DNA from: Phycisphaerales bacterium | Lineage (GTDB): Bacteria > Planctomycetota > Phycisphaerae > Tepidisphaerales > Tepidisphaeraceae | DNA: 51,394 bases | Assembly: GCA_034666045.1 (NCBI GenBank) | Contig: JAXDMN010000432.1 | Location: 1-51,394, forward strand | Direction: 5' to 3' | Shown: piece after piece, positions 28,601 through 37,900 of the stretch | Position numbering within the stretch: the stretch's first letter is position 1 | Layout: each line of letters starts with the position of its first letter | The notes under the pieces: generated by a model | Told to the model about the DNA's origin: nothing | What the model saw: the letters and a program-made list of their open reading frames with translations, nothing else | The model's database searches: none | Position numbers and translations under genes: made by a program

Positions 28601-28706
28601 CGGCACGCGCGAGAAGTCGGTCATGCCGGAAGGCCTTCTCTCCAACCTCCCGCCTGCCGACGCGGCCAACCTCGTCGCTTATCTCGAATCGCTCAAGGCG
28701 AAGTAG
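25614..28706 (+). CDS. PVC-type heme-binding protein: membrane-bound-dehydrogenase-like beta-propeller + HEAT repeats + C-terminal cytochrome c domain
   Basis: Start at ATG 25614 with signal peptide MNRCWTAIALCLMLLAGDAHAADK. HEAT-like repeats are present (DANPRVRLIAAWGLGRLG, DPDPLVAHVAVNTL). The C-terminal part is GCVACHTV...SVMPEGL. The track ORF's 141 upstream aa overlap ada and are rejected. Confidence 0.8.
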   Translation: MNRCWTAIALCLMLLAGDAHAADKIPKDVTAPAGFEMTLFAAPPEVNYPTCLTATPRGELFVGIDDQGSLGKDANRGRIVRCVDTDNDGAADEIKTFTKLDHPRGLVWDDATHALYVLHPPTLSRFYDDNSDGVADRSETLVTAIGNHKATAQQGADHTTNGIRLGIDGWIYIAVGDFGIIDATGSDGKHLTLHGGGIVRVRTDGRDIEIFATGMRNIYDVAIDPFMNVFSRDNTNDGNGWNDRVTFSPPGAYHGYPSRFRRFPQEIVDCLTDTGSGSPCGVLCVDEPALPEPHRRAFYTVEWGQNRVDRHPLVARGAGFTASTDKVMDVPRGIDIDVDGVGRLYVASWAGGGFSYTDPNVGYILRLTPKGRAPTTFANLHIASDAELLNHLASPSGVCRQAAQREILRRGDKAIFADGLAKLAESDGPLAARVAAVFSLKMLRGPAADAALVELSRRDELREFALRALADRKGDSSAVLPELFVAALKDANPRVRLIAAWGLGRLGHANAAAAIVPLTIDPDPLVAHVAVNTLVELNAADPCLAAITDTDEKRAGGAANALHRMHDPAVVERLVARLDQVKNPAVRTHIFRALARLHSREKDWDGEWWQTRPDTTGPYFQPVAWTATPRIAEVIRRALATESPQTVRSLVVDCAANRVDLQEVNERLLAVDPTDSALCLALLDTLVRRQQLSDGQIAAAKTIMNAEAAEPAVRVKTIQVLSWEWASDPAIAAVVDALGNITATESPPAELAAAMESFIQNAQLAGRIPLLARLASSGSKGQREIALTALVTIAESKLTEPEPRRAAESAIAAAWQDPAAVEPLLAAIGRTKAKRYRDDVRVRMRDNDAAIARAAVAVARRLGISETATTTQASETIASIGYEKSLATVLKTPGDATRGKELFASQGCVACHTVSPADLPKGPFLGGIATRYSRSEIFESLVKPSAKIAQGFETQWFKMKDDVLEGFVTRDAADEIELRDANGKTIVLKKAQVKARGTREKSVMPEGLLSNLPPADAANLVAYLESLKAK

Positions 28707-28890
28707 TTCGCCGCCGCCGTCGCCCTTGGCCCACATCGCCACAAAACCGGCTTGATTCGGACATTAACGTCCCAAGCCGTCTTGAACCGACCTTGTCAAC
28801 AGTCGTAGGATTCGCGCTGTCGCGAGCGCTGAAGCGCGACGGCGGCGCGTTTCTGGCCGACTAATCATCGTGTGCCAACCCGGCACACCC

Positions 28891-28930
28891 GCCCGTCGCC
28901 GTCTTGGAATCAACGGCGGCGGGCTTTTAA
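28891..28930 (+). terminator. Rho-independent terminator-like hairpin (first of two)
   Basis: GCCCGTCGCCGT (28891-28902) pairs with ACGGCGGCGGGC (28913-28924): 12 bp with one G-U pair and a 10-nt loop, followed by TTTTAATT. A GTGTGCC/GGCACAC hairpin at 28870-28888 precedes it. Confidence 0.5.
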
Positions 28931-28961
28931 TTCACCACGAGCCGGAACGTTTCCGGCGGGT

Positions 28962-28990
28962 CGCCCCGGCCTTGTCCGCCGGGGCGTTTT
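28962..28990 (+). terminator. Rho-independent terminator-like hairpin (second of two)
   Basis: CGCCCCGGC (28962-28970) pairs with GCCGGGGCG (28978-28986): a perfect 9-bp stem with a 7-nt loop, followed by TTTT (28987-28990). It abuts the stop codon of the convergent minus-strand gene. Confidence 0.5.
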
Positions 28991-29546
28991 ACGCGCTCGT
29001 CTCGTCTGCGGCCCACGCCGCTTCAAACCAAATCGGGGGTACCCCGTGGAGCTCGCCAAGTGCGCGTACAGCGTCCTGAACGCGAAGGTACTCCTTCTTC
29101 GTCATGCCCTTGAGCGACGACACGCCGCGAAACTCAGGGTCGATCTTGGTTAAGTGTTCCGTGACGATGCGGTCGATGGGCACGTGGAGGAAGGGGCGTA
29201 GGCGCTTCCAGGCTGGCTCGGAGAAGAGCTCGCGATTCGCGAGGATTTCATAGATCACGATGTTGATCAGTTTGGCGAAGTAACCCCAGCGGTCCTCGTC
29301 AAGACCGTTTTGCGAGTACGGCTCCCAACAAGACGATTCAATAGCGGCGAGCAACCATTTGTCGTACTCGTCCCTCGTTTGGATGCCCGCGAGTTTCGTT
29401 GGGCTGATGCGATGGTAGAGCTCTTGTTGCAGCGCACGCGTAATCCCGCTCTTGAACAAACGGGCCATCGCGCCCTTCTCGACAACGAACTTGATCCGCC
29501 GCCGGATCAGAGAACGGAGGTGTTGTTCGTCGGTAAAGATTTTCAT
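28989..29546 (-). CDS. Hypothetical protein (185 aa), no family recognised
   Basis: ATG start, balanced composition and noticeably lower GC (one 60-nt line, 29221-29280, counted at 29 G+C). It lies 18 nt downstream of the preceding minus-strand ORF. It contains an RLRPFLH (Rx5H) string, which is weak evidence only. Confidence 0.6.
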   Translation of the reverse strand: MKIFTDEQHLRSLIRRRIKFVVEKGAMARLFKSGITRALQQELYHRISPTKLAGIQTRDEYDKWLLAAIESSCWEPYSQNGLDEDRWGYFAKLINIVIYEILANRELFSEPAWKRLRPFLHVPIDRIVTEHLTKIDPEFRGVSSLKGMTKKEYLRVQDAVRALGELHGVPPIWFEAAWAADETSA

Positions 29547-29564
29547 GAAGCGTGGGGCGCGCCG

Positions 29565-30068
29565 TTAGATTTGCCGACTCAGGAACGCCGACGCCAGTGC
29601 CGCTGCGGCCCGGTCGAGCGATAGCTCCGCTTTGGTCTGTAGCGGCCCAGCCGGACGGGCGACGATTGCTACCGGCCCGCGCGTTGCCGCGATGTCGCCT
29701 AACATCACGTCCACCACTTCCGGCTCGTACATGTCCTTTGTTGCCGACTTGAACGCCGCCGCGTGCATGGCTTCGTCTCGCCGGTCGCGGCGCGAGAGAA
29801 TCAGCACAAGGTCCGCCGGTTGATCCCCGGAGCTAATGCTGGCGACTGCCGCCGAATCACCGATCGGCTGCCACGTCACCACTACCGCCGGATACGTCCC
29901 GACTCGCAGGTTAAGGTCTTTGAAGCCGAGCGGCGAAGCGCCCATCGCGTCCGCGAAGAAGTCCACCGCCTGCTGGGCATCTCGCGCGTCCAGCGCATGC
30001 TTGGCGTCCATGAAAGGGCCGATCGCGCCTTGATCGTCCAAGATTGCGATAGCGAAGTCATTGAACAT
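29565..30068 (-). CDS. Hypothetical protein (about 167 aa), no family recognised
   Basis: ORF in the same orientation as 28989-29546 and directly upstream of it. I chose start ATG 30068 (MFNDFAIAILDD...) because longer versions would collide with the divergent gene at 30174. There is no clear SD, so the start is uncertain. Confidence 0.45.
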   Translation of the reverse strand: MFNDFAIAILDDQGAIGPFMDAKHALDARDAQQAVDFFADAMGASPLGFKDLNLRVGTYPAVVVTWQPIGDSAAVASISSGDQPADLVLILSRRDRRDEAMHAAAFKSATKDMYEPEVVDVMLGDIAATRGPVAIVARPAGPLQTKAELSLDRAAAALASAFLSRQI

Positions 30069-30173
30069 CGCGACAAATGTAACAAATCGACCCCAGACGG
30101 TCAGCGGGTGGGGAGTCCAAACGAGGGGCCGCCTTATAGTCGCATCCTTGCTGCGGGCCGGTAGCATGAGGGG

Positions 30174-30713
30174 ATGCGCTTCAAGGAAATCGTCACCCGC
30201 CTGACGGGGTTCAGCGTTCCCATCTTCGGCGTGTCGTGGAATCCGCCCGAGCCACACGTAGCCGTCGCCCGGCGCGTGGTCAGCTTCCTCGAGGATCGGC
30301 GGGTGCTCTACAACCCGTATGACGTCGAGGTCCCCGACCACTGCGTGCATTCCATCATCGAAATCCGGGGCTACCTCACCGACGAAATCGGAAAGCTGCC
30401 GGGCTCACCGGACGCCGGGCTACCGCAAACTCTCCGGGCCATGCGGGCGGGTTGCCGGAAGTTTCTCGACACGGTTCAGGCCGACCGGGGCCAGATCACC
30501 GTCCGCGACATGCTCAACGGCGGAACGCAAAGCTGGATCTTCCTCAGCGCCCTAGGCCAGCTTCGCAACACAATCGGCACCCACGTCGCCGTCTTGGCGG
30601 CGCAGCACGGGCTCGACGTGGAGAAAGACCTTGCCAGCATTCTTCCGCCCGCTGTCTCGGCGGACGACGGAGATGGAGCGCACGGAGGGCGCGGGCGACG
30701 GCGGTCGGTGTAG
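30174..30713 (+). CDS. Hypothetical protein (179 aa), no family confidently recognised
   Basis: ATG start and a protein-like N-terminal 150 aa (MRFKEIVTRLTGFSVPIFGVSWNPPEPHVAVARRVVSFLEDRRVLYNPYDVEVPDHCV...). The tail is Gly/Arg-rich. Confidence 0.55.
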   Translation: MRFKEIVTRLTGFSVPIFGVSWNPPEPHVAVARRVVSFLEDRRVLYNPYDVEVPDHCVHSIIEIRGYLTDEIGKLPGSPDAGLPQTLRAMRAGCRKFLDTVQADRGQITVRDMLNGGTQSWIFLSALGQLRNTIGTHVAVLAAQHGLDVEKDLASILPPAVSADDGDGAHGGRGRRRSV

Positions 30714-30760
30714 CTCCACTGCTCCGGGCGTGCGGTTGCTGCCGACGGGCAAGGCGGACG

Positions 30761-31174
30761 TTACGTGTGCTCGGGCTCCGGTTCCAGAAGCCTAAAGTTT
30801 CCCAGTGAGCCCTCCTCCAACCGATCTTGCCTGACGAGCGACAGGGCGGTTGCGATGGCTGTCGGGAACGTCCACCCCTTCTGCGTTACAAGAGCCTTGA
30901 CCTTAAACCAACCTTGGTTCGGCGCTAGCATCGATTCCACGTCCGCGATGAATTTGGCTTCCTCCTCAGAAGAGGACATGGCTGTTGCGCCGATGGCGTG
31001 CACGGTTAGCCGCCAGCGGCCGATTAGTGATGCATCTACCCTCCCTTGTACCGTTAGCGCGCGAATCGACGGCACCGACGGGTGGCCCCCGAGGGCATCG
31101 AGGTCAAAGAGCACGTTTGGGTTTCCGGCAGATAGCTCCATCATCCGGTCGAACACTTCTTCTGTCGTGAGCAT
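30761..31174 (-). CDS. Hypothetical protein (137 aa), no family recognised
   Basis: A strong SD (AAAGGAG) lies 7 nt upstream of ATG 31174. GC is lower: one 60-nt line, 30901-30960, counted at 31 G+C. Confidence 0.6.
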   Translation of the reverse strand: MLTTEEVFDRMMELSAGNPNVLFDLDALGGHPSVPSIRALTVQGRVDASLIGRWRLTVHAIGATAMSSSEEEAKFIADVESMLAPNQGWFKVKALVTQKGWTFPTAIATALSLVRQDRLEEGSLGNFRLLEPEPEHT

Positions 31175-31275
31175 CGTGTTGCTCCTTTCTACCCTGTTAG
31201 ACGCTGGGAGCGTACCGCCGCCCCCCTTTGGACCGGAGACGTGTCGCCCGCTACCGGCATGACGCAGTCCTCGGG

Positions 31276-31304
31276 TTGCCGCCCGTGGCCCGTGGGCGTA
31301 AAAT
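31276..31304 (+). promoter_or_regulatory. Possible sigma70-type promoter for the tRNA gene
   Basis: TTGCCG (31276-31281), a 17-nt spacer, then TAAAAT (31299-31304), about 85 nt upstream of the tRNA. Pattern match only. Confidence 0.25.
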
Positions 31305-31388
31305 GTGGCTCGCCGCTCCGGATCGACCTTACTACCGCCTTGCTTGCGGGGTTTTCCGGGACGGCGGCTGTGTTAAAAGCACAGTGTT

Positions 31389-31461
31389 GGCAGCGTAGCT
31401 CAGTTGGCAGAGCAGGGGATTCATAAGCCCCGGGTCACAGGTTCGAGTCCTGTCGCTGCTA
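31389..31461 (+). tRNA. tRNA with anticodon CAU (tRNA-Met, or tRNA-Ile2 if lysidine-modified)
   Basis: Hand-folded cloverleaf. Acceptor GGCAGCG/CGCTGCT (G1-U72), D arm GCTC-AGTTGGCA-GAGC, and anticodon arm GGGGA-TTCATAA-GCCCC (CAT at 31422-31424, with a 31-39 A-G mismatch). Variable loop GGGTC, T arm ACAGG-TTCGAGT-CCTGT, discriminator A. CCA is not encoded. Confidence 0.85.
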
Positions 31462-31483
31462 TTCCCTCCCAGCGCCAAAGAAA

Positions 31484-31505
31484 TCACCCCGCGGGGGCGG
31501 GGTGA
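31484..31505 (-). terminator. Rho-independent terminator ending the giant-gene/DUF3467 transcription unit
   Basis: Stem TCACCCCGC / GCGGGGTGA (9 bp) with a 4-nt loop. On the minus strand TTTCTTT follows. It lies 38 nt past the DUF3467 stop. Confidence 0.6.
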
Positions 31506-31542
31506 AGTCGCATATCACGTCAGGTGGACGGTCTGGCGACTG

Positions 31543-31872
31543 CTATTTCGTCGCCAACGGTTCCGGCGTGCCGGTGGCGCTGACGCCGTCGAGGCTGATC
31601 GCGCCGTAGCGCGTTTCGTACGCGCGCAGCATGATGGATAACTGAAGAAGAAGCCGCTTGGCGGCGTGGGGGTTCAGCAGCACGCGTTCCTCCAGGGGAA
31701 CGACGACCTCCTTCACTTCCTTGTGCCACACCTTGTGCGTACCGAGCAGGATGGCGATTTCCTCGCGCGTGCCGGTGACCTGGACGACATTCGCGTAACG
31801 GGACTGCATGTTGGCGTCGTCCCAGCGAAGCGTCGGGATGTCGTTCGTCGTCGTCTGCTGCTCTCGAGCCAC
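31543..31872 (-). CDS. DUF3467 domain protein
   Basis: YANVVQVTGTREEIAILLG...RVLLNPHAAKRLLLQLSIMLRAYETRYGAI matches my recollection of the DUF3467 pattern (YsN..i.hs.eEF.ldF...Ril.tP.hAKRLl.aL...yE..hG.I). GTG start at 31872 with GGAGG 5 nt upstream. Confidence 0.7.
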   Translation of the reverse strand: MAREQQTTTNDIPTLRWDDANMQSRYANVVQVTGTREEIAILLGTHKVWHKEVKEVVVPLEERVLLNPHAAKRLLLQLSIMLRAYETRYGAISLDGVSATGTPEPLATK

Positions 31873-31947
31873 TTGACCTCCAATGGTTACTTCTCTTTTC
31901 TGCTCTATCGGCTGATTCAGCCGACTCTCAACAAAACCCGCGCGCCG

Positions 31948-34900
31948 TTACAGCGGCAGCGCGGTGTTGCGCTGATCCTCCGGGCCGCCTTGCGTGTCGC
32001 GCTTGGCCTTGGCGTTCGGGCCTTGCGGGTCGCGCGGGCCGCCGTGGTTGGCCTGCCACTGCGGGTCCTTCGCGGTGAAGAGTCCGAGCTCGCCGTCGGG
32101 CTCGAGGCGCGTCGCGTCCGCGCCGCTCTCGAGGCCGAGCGCCAGGAGGAACTCGACCATGCCGGGCGAAATCTTGCGCGCCACGGTCGGCTCGCCGAAC
32201 GGGCTGTAGGGGACGACGTAGGTGTTGAACTCGCCGCCCCAGTCGAACATGCGCTCGCCGCCGGTGTTGGCGATCATGACGTCGAGCCCGTCGCCGCCGT
32301 AGACCCAGTCGGCGTCGGCATAGAGCGGGGCGTCCGGCTGGCTGTTCAGGCCACCGGCGGTGTCCTTGTTGTCGTCGGCGTCGATCATGTCGTCGCCCGC
32401 GCCGCCGAAGAGACGGTCGGTGCCGGTGCCGCCGACGATCCAGTCGTGACCGGTATCACCGAAGATGCGGTCCTTGCCGTCGTCGATCTTCACGCCGCCC
32501 ACGCTGGCGTCGAAGTTGAGCAGGAAGTTGGCGACCTTCACGAGCGGCTTGTTCGCGTCGTACCCGGCGAGCTTGCGCGTCGCTGGGTCGTACACGATTG
32601 GCGTCGTGTTGGTGACCGGGGCATCGGTGTAGAACGTCGCCAAAGCTTCGGCGCCGCTGACGGCGTCGTTGCCTGCGCCGGCATGCAGGAAGTCGTCGCC
32701 CAACCCGCCGTACACGACGTCGTTGCCGCCGATCTCGTACGCGAGGAGTTGGACGTCCTTCTGAATCCGCCCGGTGATGTTGATCCAGACGGCCGTCCAC
32801 GGGCCGGGCATCGCGAGGTTGCTCATGACGCTGGCGGTGTTCACACCGTGCAGCGTTTCGGTCAGCCCGTTGCGGCTGGTGAAGATGAGCCCATCGTCGC
32901 CGACGACGCCGTCTTCGCCACTGCCGGCGTAGATGCGGTCGTGTCCGATGCCGCCGAAGATGTCGTCGTCCTGGCCTTCGCCGAAGAGGACGTCGTTGCC
33001 GACGGTGCCGTACACCGAATCGTCACCCGATTCGCCGTGGATCAGGTCAGCCGCCCCGATATCCGTTGCGGCGTTGCCGCCGTACGTGTAGTCGAGGTGC
33101 TGGACTGACCGCGGGATCAGCTTGAGCGGCCCGTAGTTGTCGTAGGTGAACGTGCGGGCGTTCCCGGCGGCATCGACCAGGCGGTAGATGTTGCCATTGT
33201 CGCCGATGATGAAGTCGGCGTCGCGCGAGTGGGCGGTGTTGCCGGTGTCGCCGAGGTGGTTGCGTGCGAGATCGGTGCCTGCGCCGCCGAAGATGATGTC
33301 GGCGCCGTCGCCGCGCAGAGCCGGCGTCGTCAGGCTGAAGAGGTTCGACGATCCGCCGATCAAATCGTCCTGACCGAGGTTGCCGAAGATCAGGTCACTG
33401 CCATCATTGCCTTCGATGTAGTCGTCGCCGTCAGTGGCGGCTTCGACCGATGCCTGCGTCGCGGAGACGGTGATATCGATCGAGCCATCGCCCTGCACGG
33501 TGTCGTTGCCGAGCTGGCCGAAGATCTCGTCGTCGCCCGCGCCGCCGGCGATGTAATCGTTGCCGAAGTTCGTGAGCGTTTGGTCGAGCGTGATCGTCCA
33601 ATCCGCCCAGGTGGGCAGGCCGCCCGGGATGAGGTTCGACGGGGCGCCGACATTCGGCTGACCCGCCGCGTTGTAGAGCGTCGCGCCAAGGGCGGTGCGG
33701 AAGCGACCCTTGATCGCGTCGGCCGAGCCGACGTTGTTGACGAGGCGGACGTTGTCGCCGAAGACGAGGTCCTTCTCGCTGCCGCCGTCGAGGGCGTCAG
33801 CGCCGGTGCCGCCGATGACGACGTCGTCGCCCTCGTTGCCGTAGATGCGATCGTTGCCGCCGTTGGCGCGGTCGGTCGTCTCGATCGAGTCGATCGTGAC
33901 GCCGTCTGACTTGTAGATGACGTCGGCGCGGTCGCCGATGAGCACATCGCCGCCGGCTTGGCCGTTGACGGTGTCGTTGCCAAGGCCGGCGATCACCACA
34001 TCGCCGTCAGCGCCGCCGCTGATCGAATCGTTGCCGCCGACGCCCGCGCCGGTCTCGGTGATCTTGACGACTTTGGTCGGGCCGTCGGTGCCGGTGATCG
34101 GGGTGAAATCGACGCGTGCGCTGTCGCCGGCGACGATGTCTTCGCCAGCACCGGCATCGATCACGTCGTTGGCGGCGCCGCCGATGAGGAGGTCCTTGCC
34201 GCCGCCGCCGTTGATCACATCGTTGCCGCCGATCGCGTTATCGATCGACCAGACGATGCGCGGCCCGCGGTAGGTGCCGTCGCCTTGGTCTTCCGGCAGC
34301 GCCGAGATGCGGTATGCCGAATTCTCGTCCACTTCGAGTTGGCCGGTCACCGGCATCGTCGTCCAGTTGCTGTCGACGGTGATCGTCGTCGCGGTGTTCG
34401 CGATGATCCGGCGGAACTGCACATGTCCGTCCGGCATGATGACCTGCACCATCAGGCCGACCAGGCCGCCGTACTCCGTGGTGAAGTTGGCGGTCGGATC
34501 GGTGATCGTGTTCGCGGTCGCGGAGACGACCGGCGGATTGACCGGGTTGAGCGGGGTCGAGTGCCCGAGGCGCGTGACGATCTTGCCCTGGGCATCGACG
34601 AAGTCGACGCGCCCGAAATCGCCGAAGAGCGAATCCTGACCGTCGCCGCCGGTGATGCTGTCGTTGCCTTCTTCACCGAACGCCACGATCCCGAGCGTCG
34701 AGCCGGTGGCATTGATGGTGTCATTGCCGGCCTGCCCGCGAATCGCGAGATCGCCGTCCTGTGCGGCGTCGATCTTCGCATTGACGGTGTCGTTGCCCGC
34801 GCCCAGGTTGAGCATCGTGAGCGTGTAGAAATCGCCGCTGCGCTTGGTGGTGTGGCCCTCGGCGTTGGTGGTGTAGTCGACGTCGAGCGTGTCGTTGCCG

Positions 34901-37900
34901 TTGCCGAGGTTGACCTGCAGGACTTCCATGTCGCCGTAGGTGATTCCGCCCGGCTGCACGCCGCTGCCGATGACGACGTTGGGGCCCATGCCCAGGCCGA
35001 GGATTCGGCCGTGACGATCGAAACCGTCGAAGCGGAACTCGCTGCGGTTCGTCGGTGCGCCCGATCCGCCGCTGAGCTTCGTGAGCGTCAGCAGCTTGAC
35101 GGTTGAATCGGTCGTGTTGGCGACCGATTCCACCTGCCACTTGCGACCCTTACCGGGGCCGATCGTGATCTCGAGGACCTTGCCGACCAGATTGTTCAAA
35201 TCATTGTTCGTCAGGCCCAGCGCCTGAAGATCTGTGGTCTCGACAGTCATCGTTTCGGTCGTGCCGGCCGACGCGGTGAAGCCGAGGACGTTGCCGTCGC
35301 TCGACGTCATCGTGCCGGTGTCGTTGGCGACGCTGTCCTGGTCGAAGACGGTGGTGTAGTCGACCTGCACGCGCTCATCGGCGAAGAAGTTGACGCTGAG
35401 CGAGGTGATGGCGTACTCGGTCGCGGTCGTCGGCGCCGTGACGTTCGGCTGGCCCGGATCGACGGCCGTCGGGTTCTGCAACCGCAGCTGCGTCAACCCG
35501 CCGCCGAGATCCACGATCTCGGTGATCAGCCAGAAGCGATCGTAAATGTCGCGCGGGCGGGTGGCGTCGAGAACGACGTCGGTGCCCGGGCCCTTGGTCA
35601 GCTCGATCGTCTTGCCGAGCAGCTTGGTGATGGTGTCGACGTCGACGTCCGCCAGGTGATCGAGCAGGTCCTGCGTATTGACGGTCATCGTCTCGATTGC
35701 GCCGCCGCCGGCGCCCGGCGTGAAGGCAACGACGTTGCCGTGCGATGCGCGGACGTTCAACTCGCCCGGGAGCATCAGCGGAGCGGGCAGGCTGAGCGAG
35801 CCCGCGCCGGCCGCGCCTTCAATGATGAGCGGGCCGCGGATCTTGTTGACGGTGTTGAGCTCCGGCGCGAAGACCTGCGTCTCGCTGCCGTCCTGGAAGT
35901 TGTCGTCGATCGCTTCGACGGTGACTTCCTGCGGAACGTTCCAGTTCGCATCGGTGAAGGTGATCGTCGTGGCGGACGCGCCGTTGACGGTGACCTGTTC
36001 CTTGAACTCGGCGTCGCCTTCCAGCGTCGTGCGCGTCTTGATCGCGTCGACGTTGATGGTGACGGTCGTGCCGGCCGCCGGCGCCTTCGACAGCACGACG
36101 GTGTACTTGTCGGTGTAGCCGCCTTCGAGCACGTCGGTCGATCCGTCGCTCTGCGTGACGATGACCATCGCGGCGTCGTTGTCGTAGATGTCGACCGAGG
36201 TGTCCTTGACCAGGATGTTGTCGTACCCGCGTTCGATGTATTTGTAGGCGGCCTGCACGGTGCCGCTGACGGCGACGGCGTTGCCGTTCTTGATGAACGT
36301 CACCGTGTTGCCGGTGATTGTATAACGCAGCTCCGGCGTGATTTCGCCGTCGGCGAGCGGTTGCACGATGCCGGCGTCGAGCTTGATCGTGATTGGTTGA
36401 GTCAGGTCGGGCTTGTGCTCGAGGAAGAGGAACGAGGTCGCCTTCTCCGGCACGATCGGCTGCACGCCCGGCAGGAGCAGGTCGGCGTCGACGGTGGCGA
36501 GCGCGCGGGTCTTGTGCGTGTCGACGTCGCTGCTGCTGACCGTCGCGGTGATGAAGTCGGTGTGGAACCCTTCGATCACTGCATCGTTGGTCGCGGTGAT
36601 GGTGACCGGCTGCGGCGTGTTCCAGTTGCTGGTCGTGAAGAGCAGCGACGTATCCGACAGCCCGATCTGGCCATTCGTCGATGCGAGCGTCACGATGACG
36701 TCGCTCGTCGGCTGGCGGGTGAGCACGACCTTGATCTGGTCGGTGAAGCCGTTCTCCAGCACGGTGGTGTTGTTGTTGACGGACGAGATGACCACGCCGG
36801 CGCGGTCGTCATCGTTGATCCCCACCTTCACGCTGAGCAACTGCACGCCGGCGAAATCGTCGTCGGTGCTGTTCTCGGTGATGTGGTTGATGAAGGTAAA
36901 GCGCTGGCCCTCGCTGGCGTCGTCATGCGCGGCGCGGAACTTGACCTCGAGCCCGTTCTTCCAGTCGTCGTTGCTGCTGGTGAACAGCAGGCCGGGGTGA
37001 TTCTGCGCCGTGACCCAGCTCGCGCTGGACGGATCCCAGAACTCCAGGTCCTTGTACTTCTTCGCCTGGTCTTCCGGCGGCAGCCCGGAATCGACGAGCT
37101 TGACGAGCACGTGCTTGCCCGGCTGCGGCTTGCGCGAAAGGCGGATCTTGTAGGTGTCGAACTGGACCCCGATGCCGCCGCTGAGCGCATCCTCGGTGAC
37201 GCTCGACGCGCCGCCGCTTTCGCTGACGATGAGGAACGGTTCCTCGTTGTCGGCGATGTTGGCGGAGACTCCCTCCGCCTTGACGTTCTGCCACGCGGGA
37301 TCGGTGCTCTCGACGTTGTTGAGGATGATGCCGCTGTGGCCCTTGAAGTCGTCGCTGATGACGGGGATCGGCGCATTGCCGGGCGCACCGCCGACGAAGA
37401 AGCTGTCGCTGCCGAGACCGCCGTCGATTTCGGTGACGACATTGAGGCCGGTGGAGAGGACGAAGAAGCGGTCGTTGCCCTCGGCGCCGTCGGCGACGAG
37501 TTTTTCAATGTTGACGTAGCTGATGTTGAGCCCGGCGCCGTACACGCCGGTGTCGGTGACGACGAAGTCGTCGCTGAACTCGGTGCCGACGACGCGAATG
37601 GTATCGAATCCGTCGCCGCCGTCGATGCCGACCGGCGCATTGAGCGCGTATCGGATCGTGTCGGCGCCGCCGTCGCCCTTCATGTCGGTGCGGGCGCGTT
37701 CGCTGTCGGTCGATCCGGCCAGCGCGAAGGCGCGAACGGTGAACAGATCGTCGCCGTCGCCGCCGTTGAGGTTCACCACCGCCGTATTGTGGAAGACGGT
37801 CATCTCGTCGTTGCCGTCGCCGCCGTTGATGACAGTGGGGCGGCTGACGCCGGCGGAAAGGAATCCGCGCGTGATCGCGACGGTCGCGAACACGTCGTCC

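Noticed and set aside
28870-29153. Plus-strand ORFs 28870-29079 and 28872-29153 in the intergenic/terminator region
   Set aside because: Both run through two terminator hairpins and then antisense into the 185-aa minus-strand gene. Their composition is Arg/Pro/Gly-rich and they have no SD. They are unlikely to be coding.
28707-31505. Integrated prophage or genomic island at the tRNA(CAU) gene
   Set aside because: There is no integrase, recombinase or phage structural gene. By eye I found no direct repeat of the tRNA 3' end. The islet lies on the 5' side of the tRNA rather than the usual 3' side. I keep it only as an orphan gene islet of uncertain origin.
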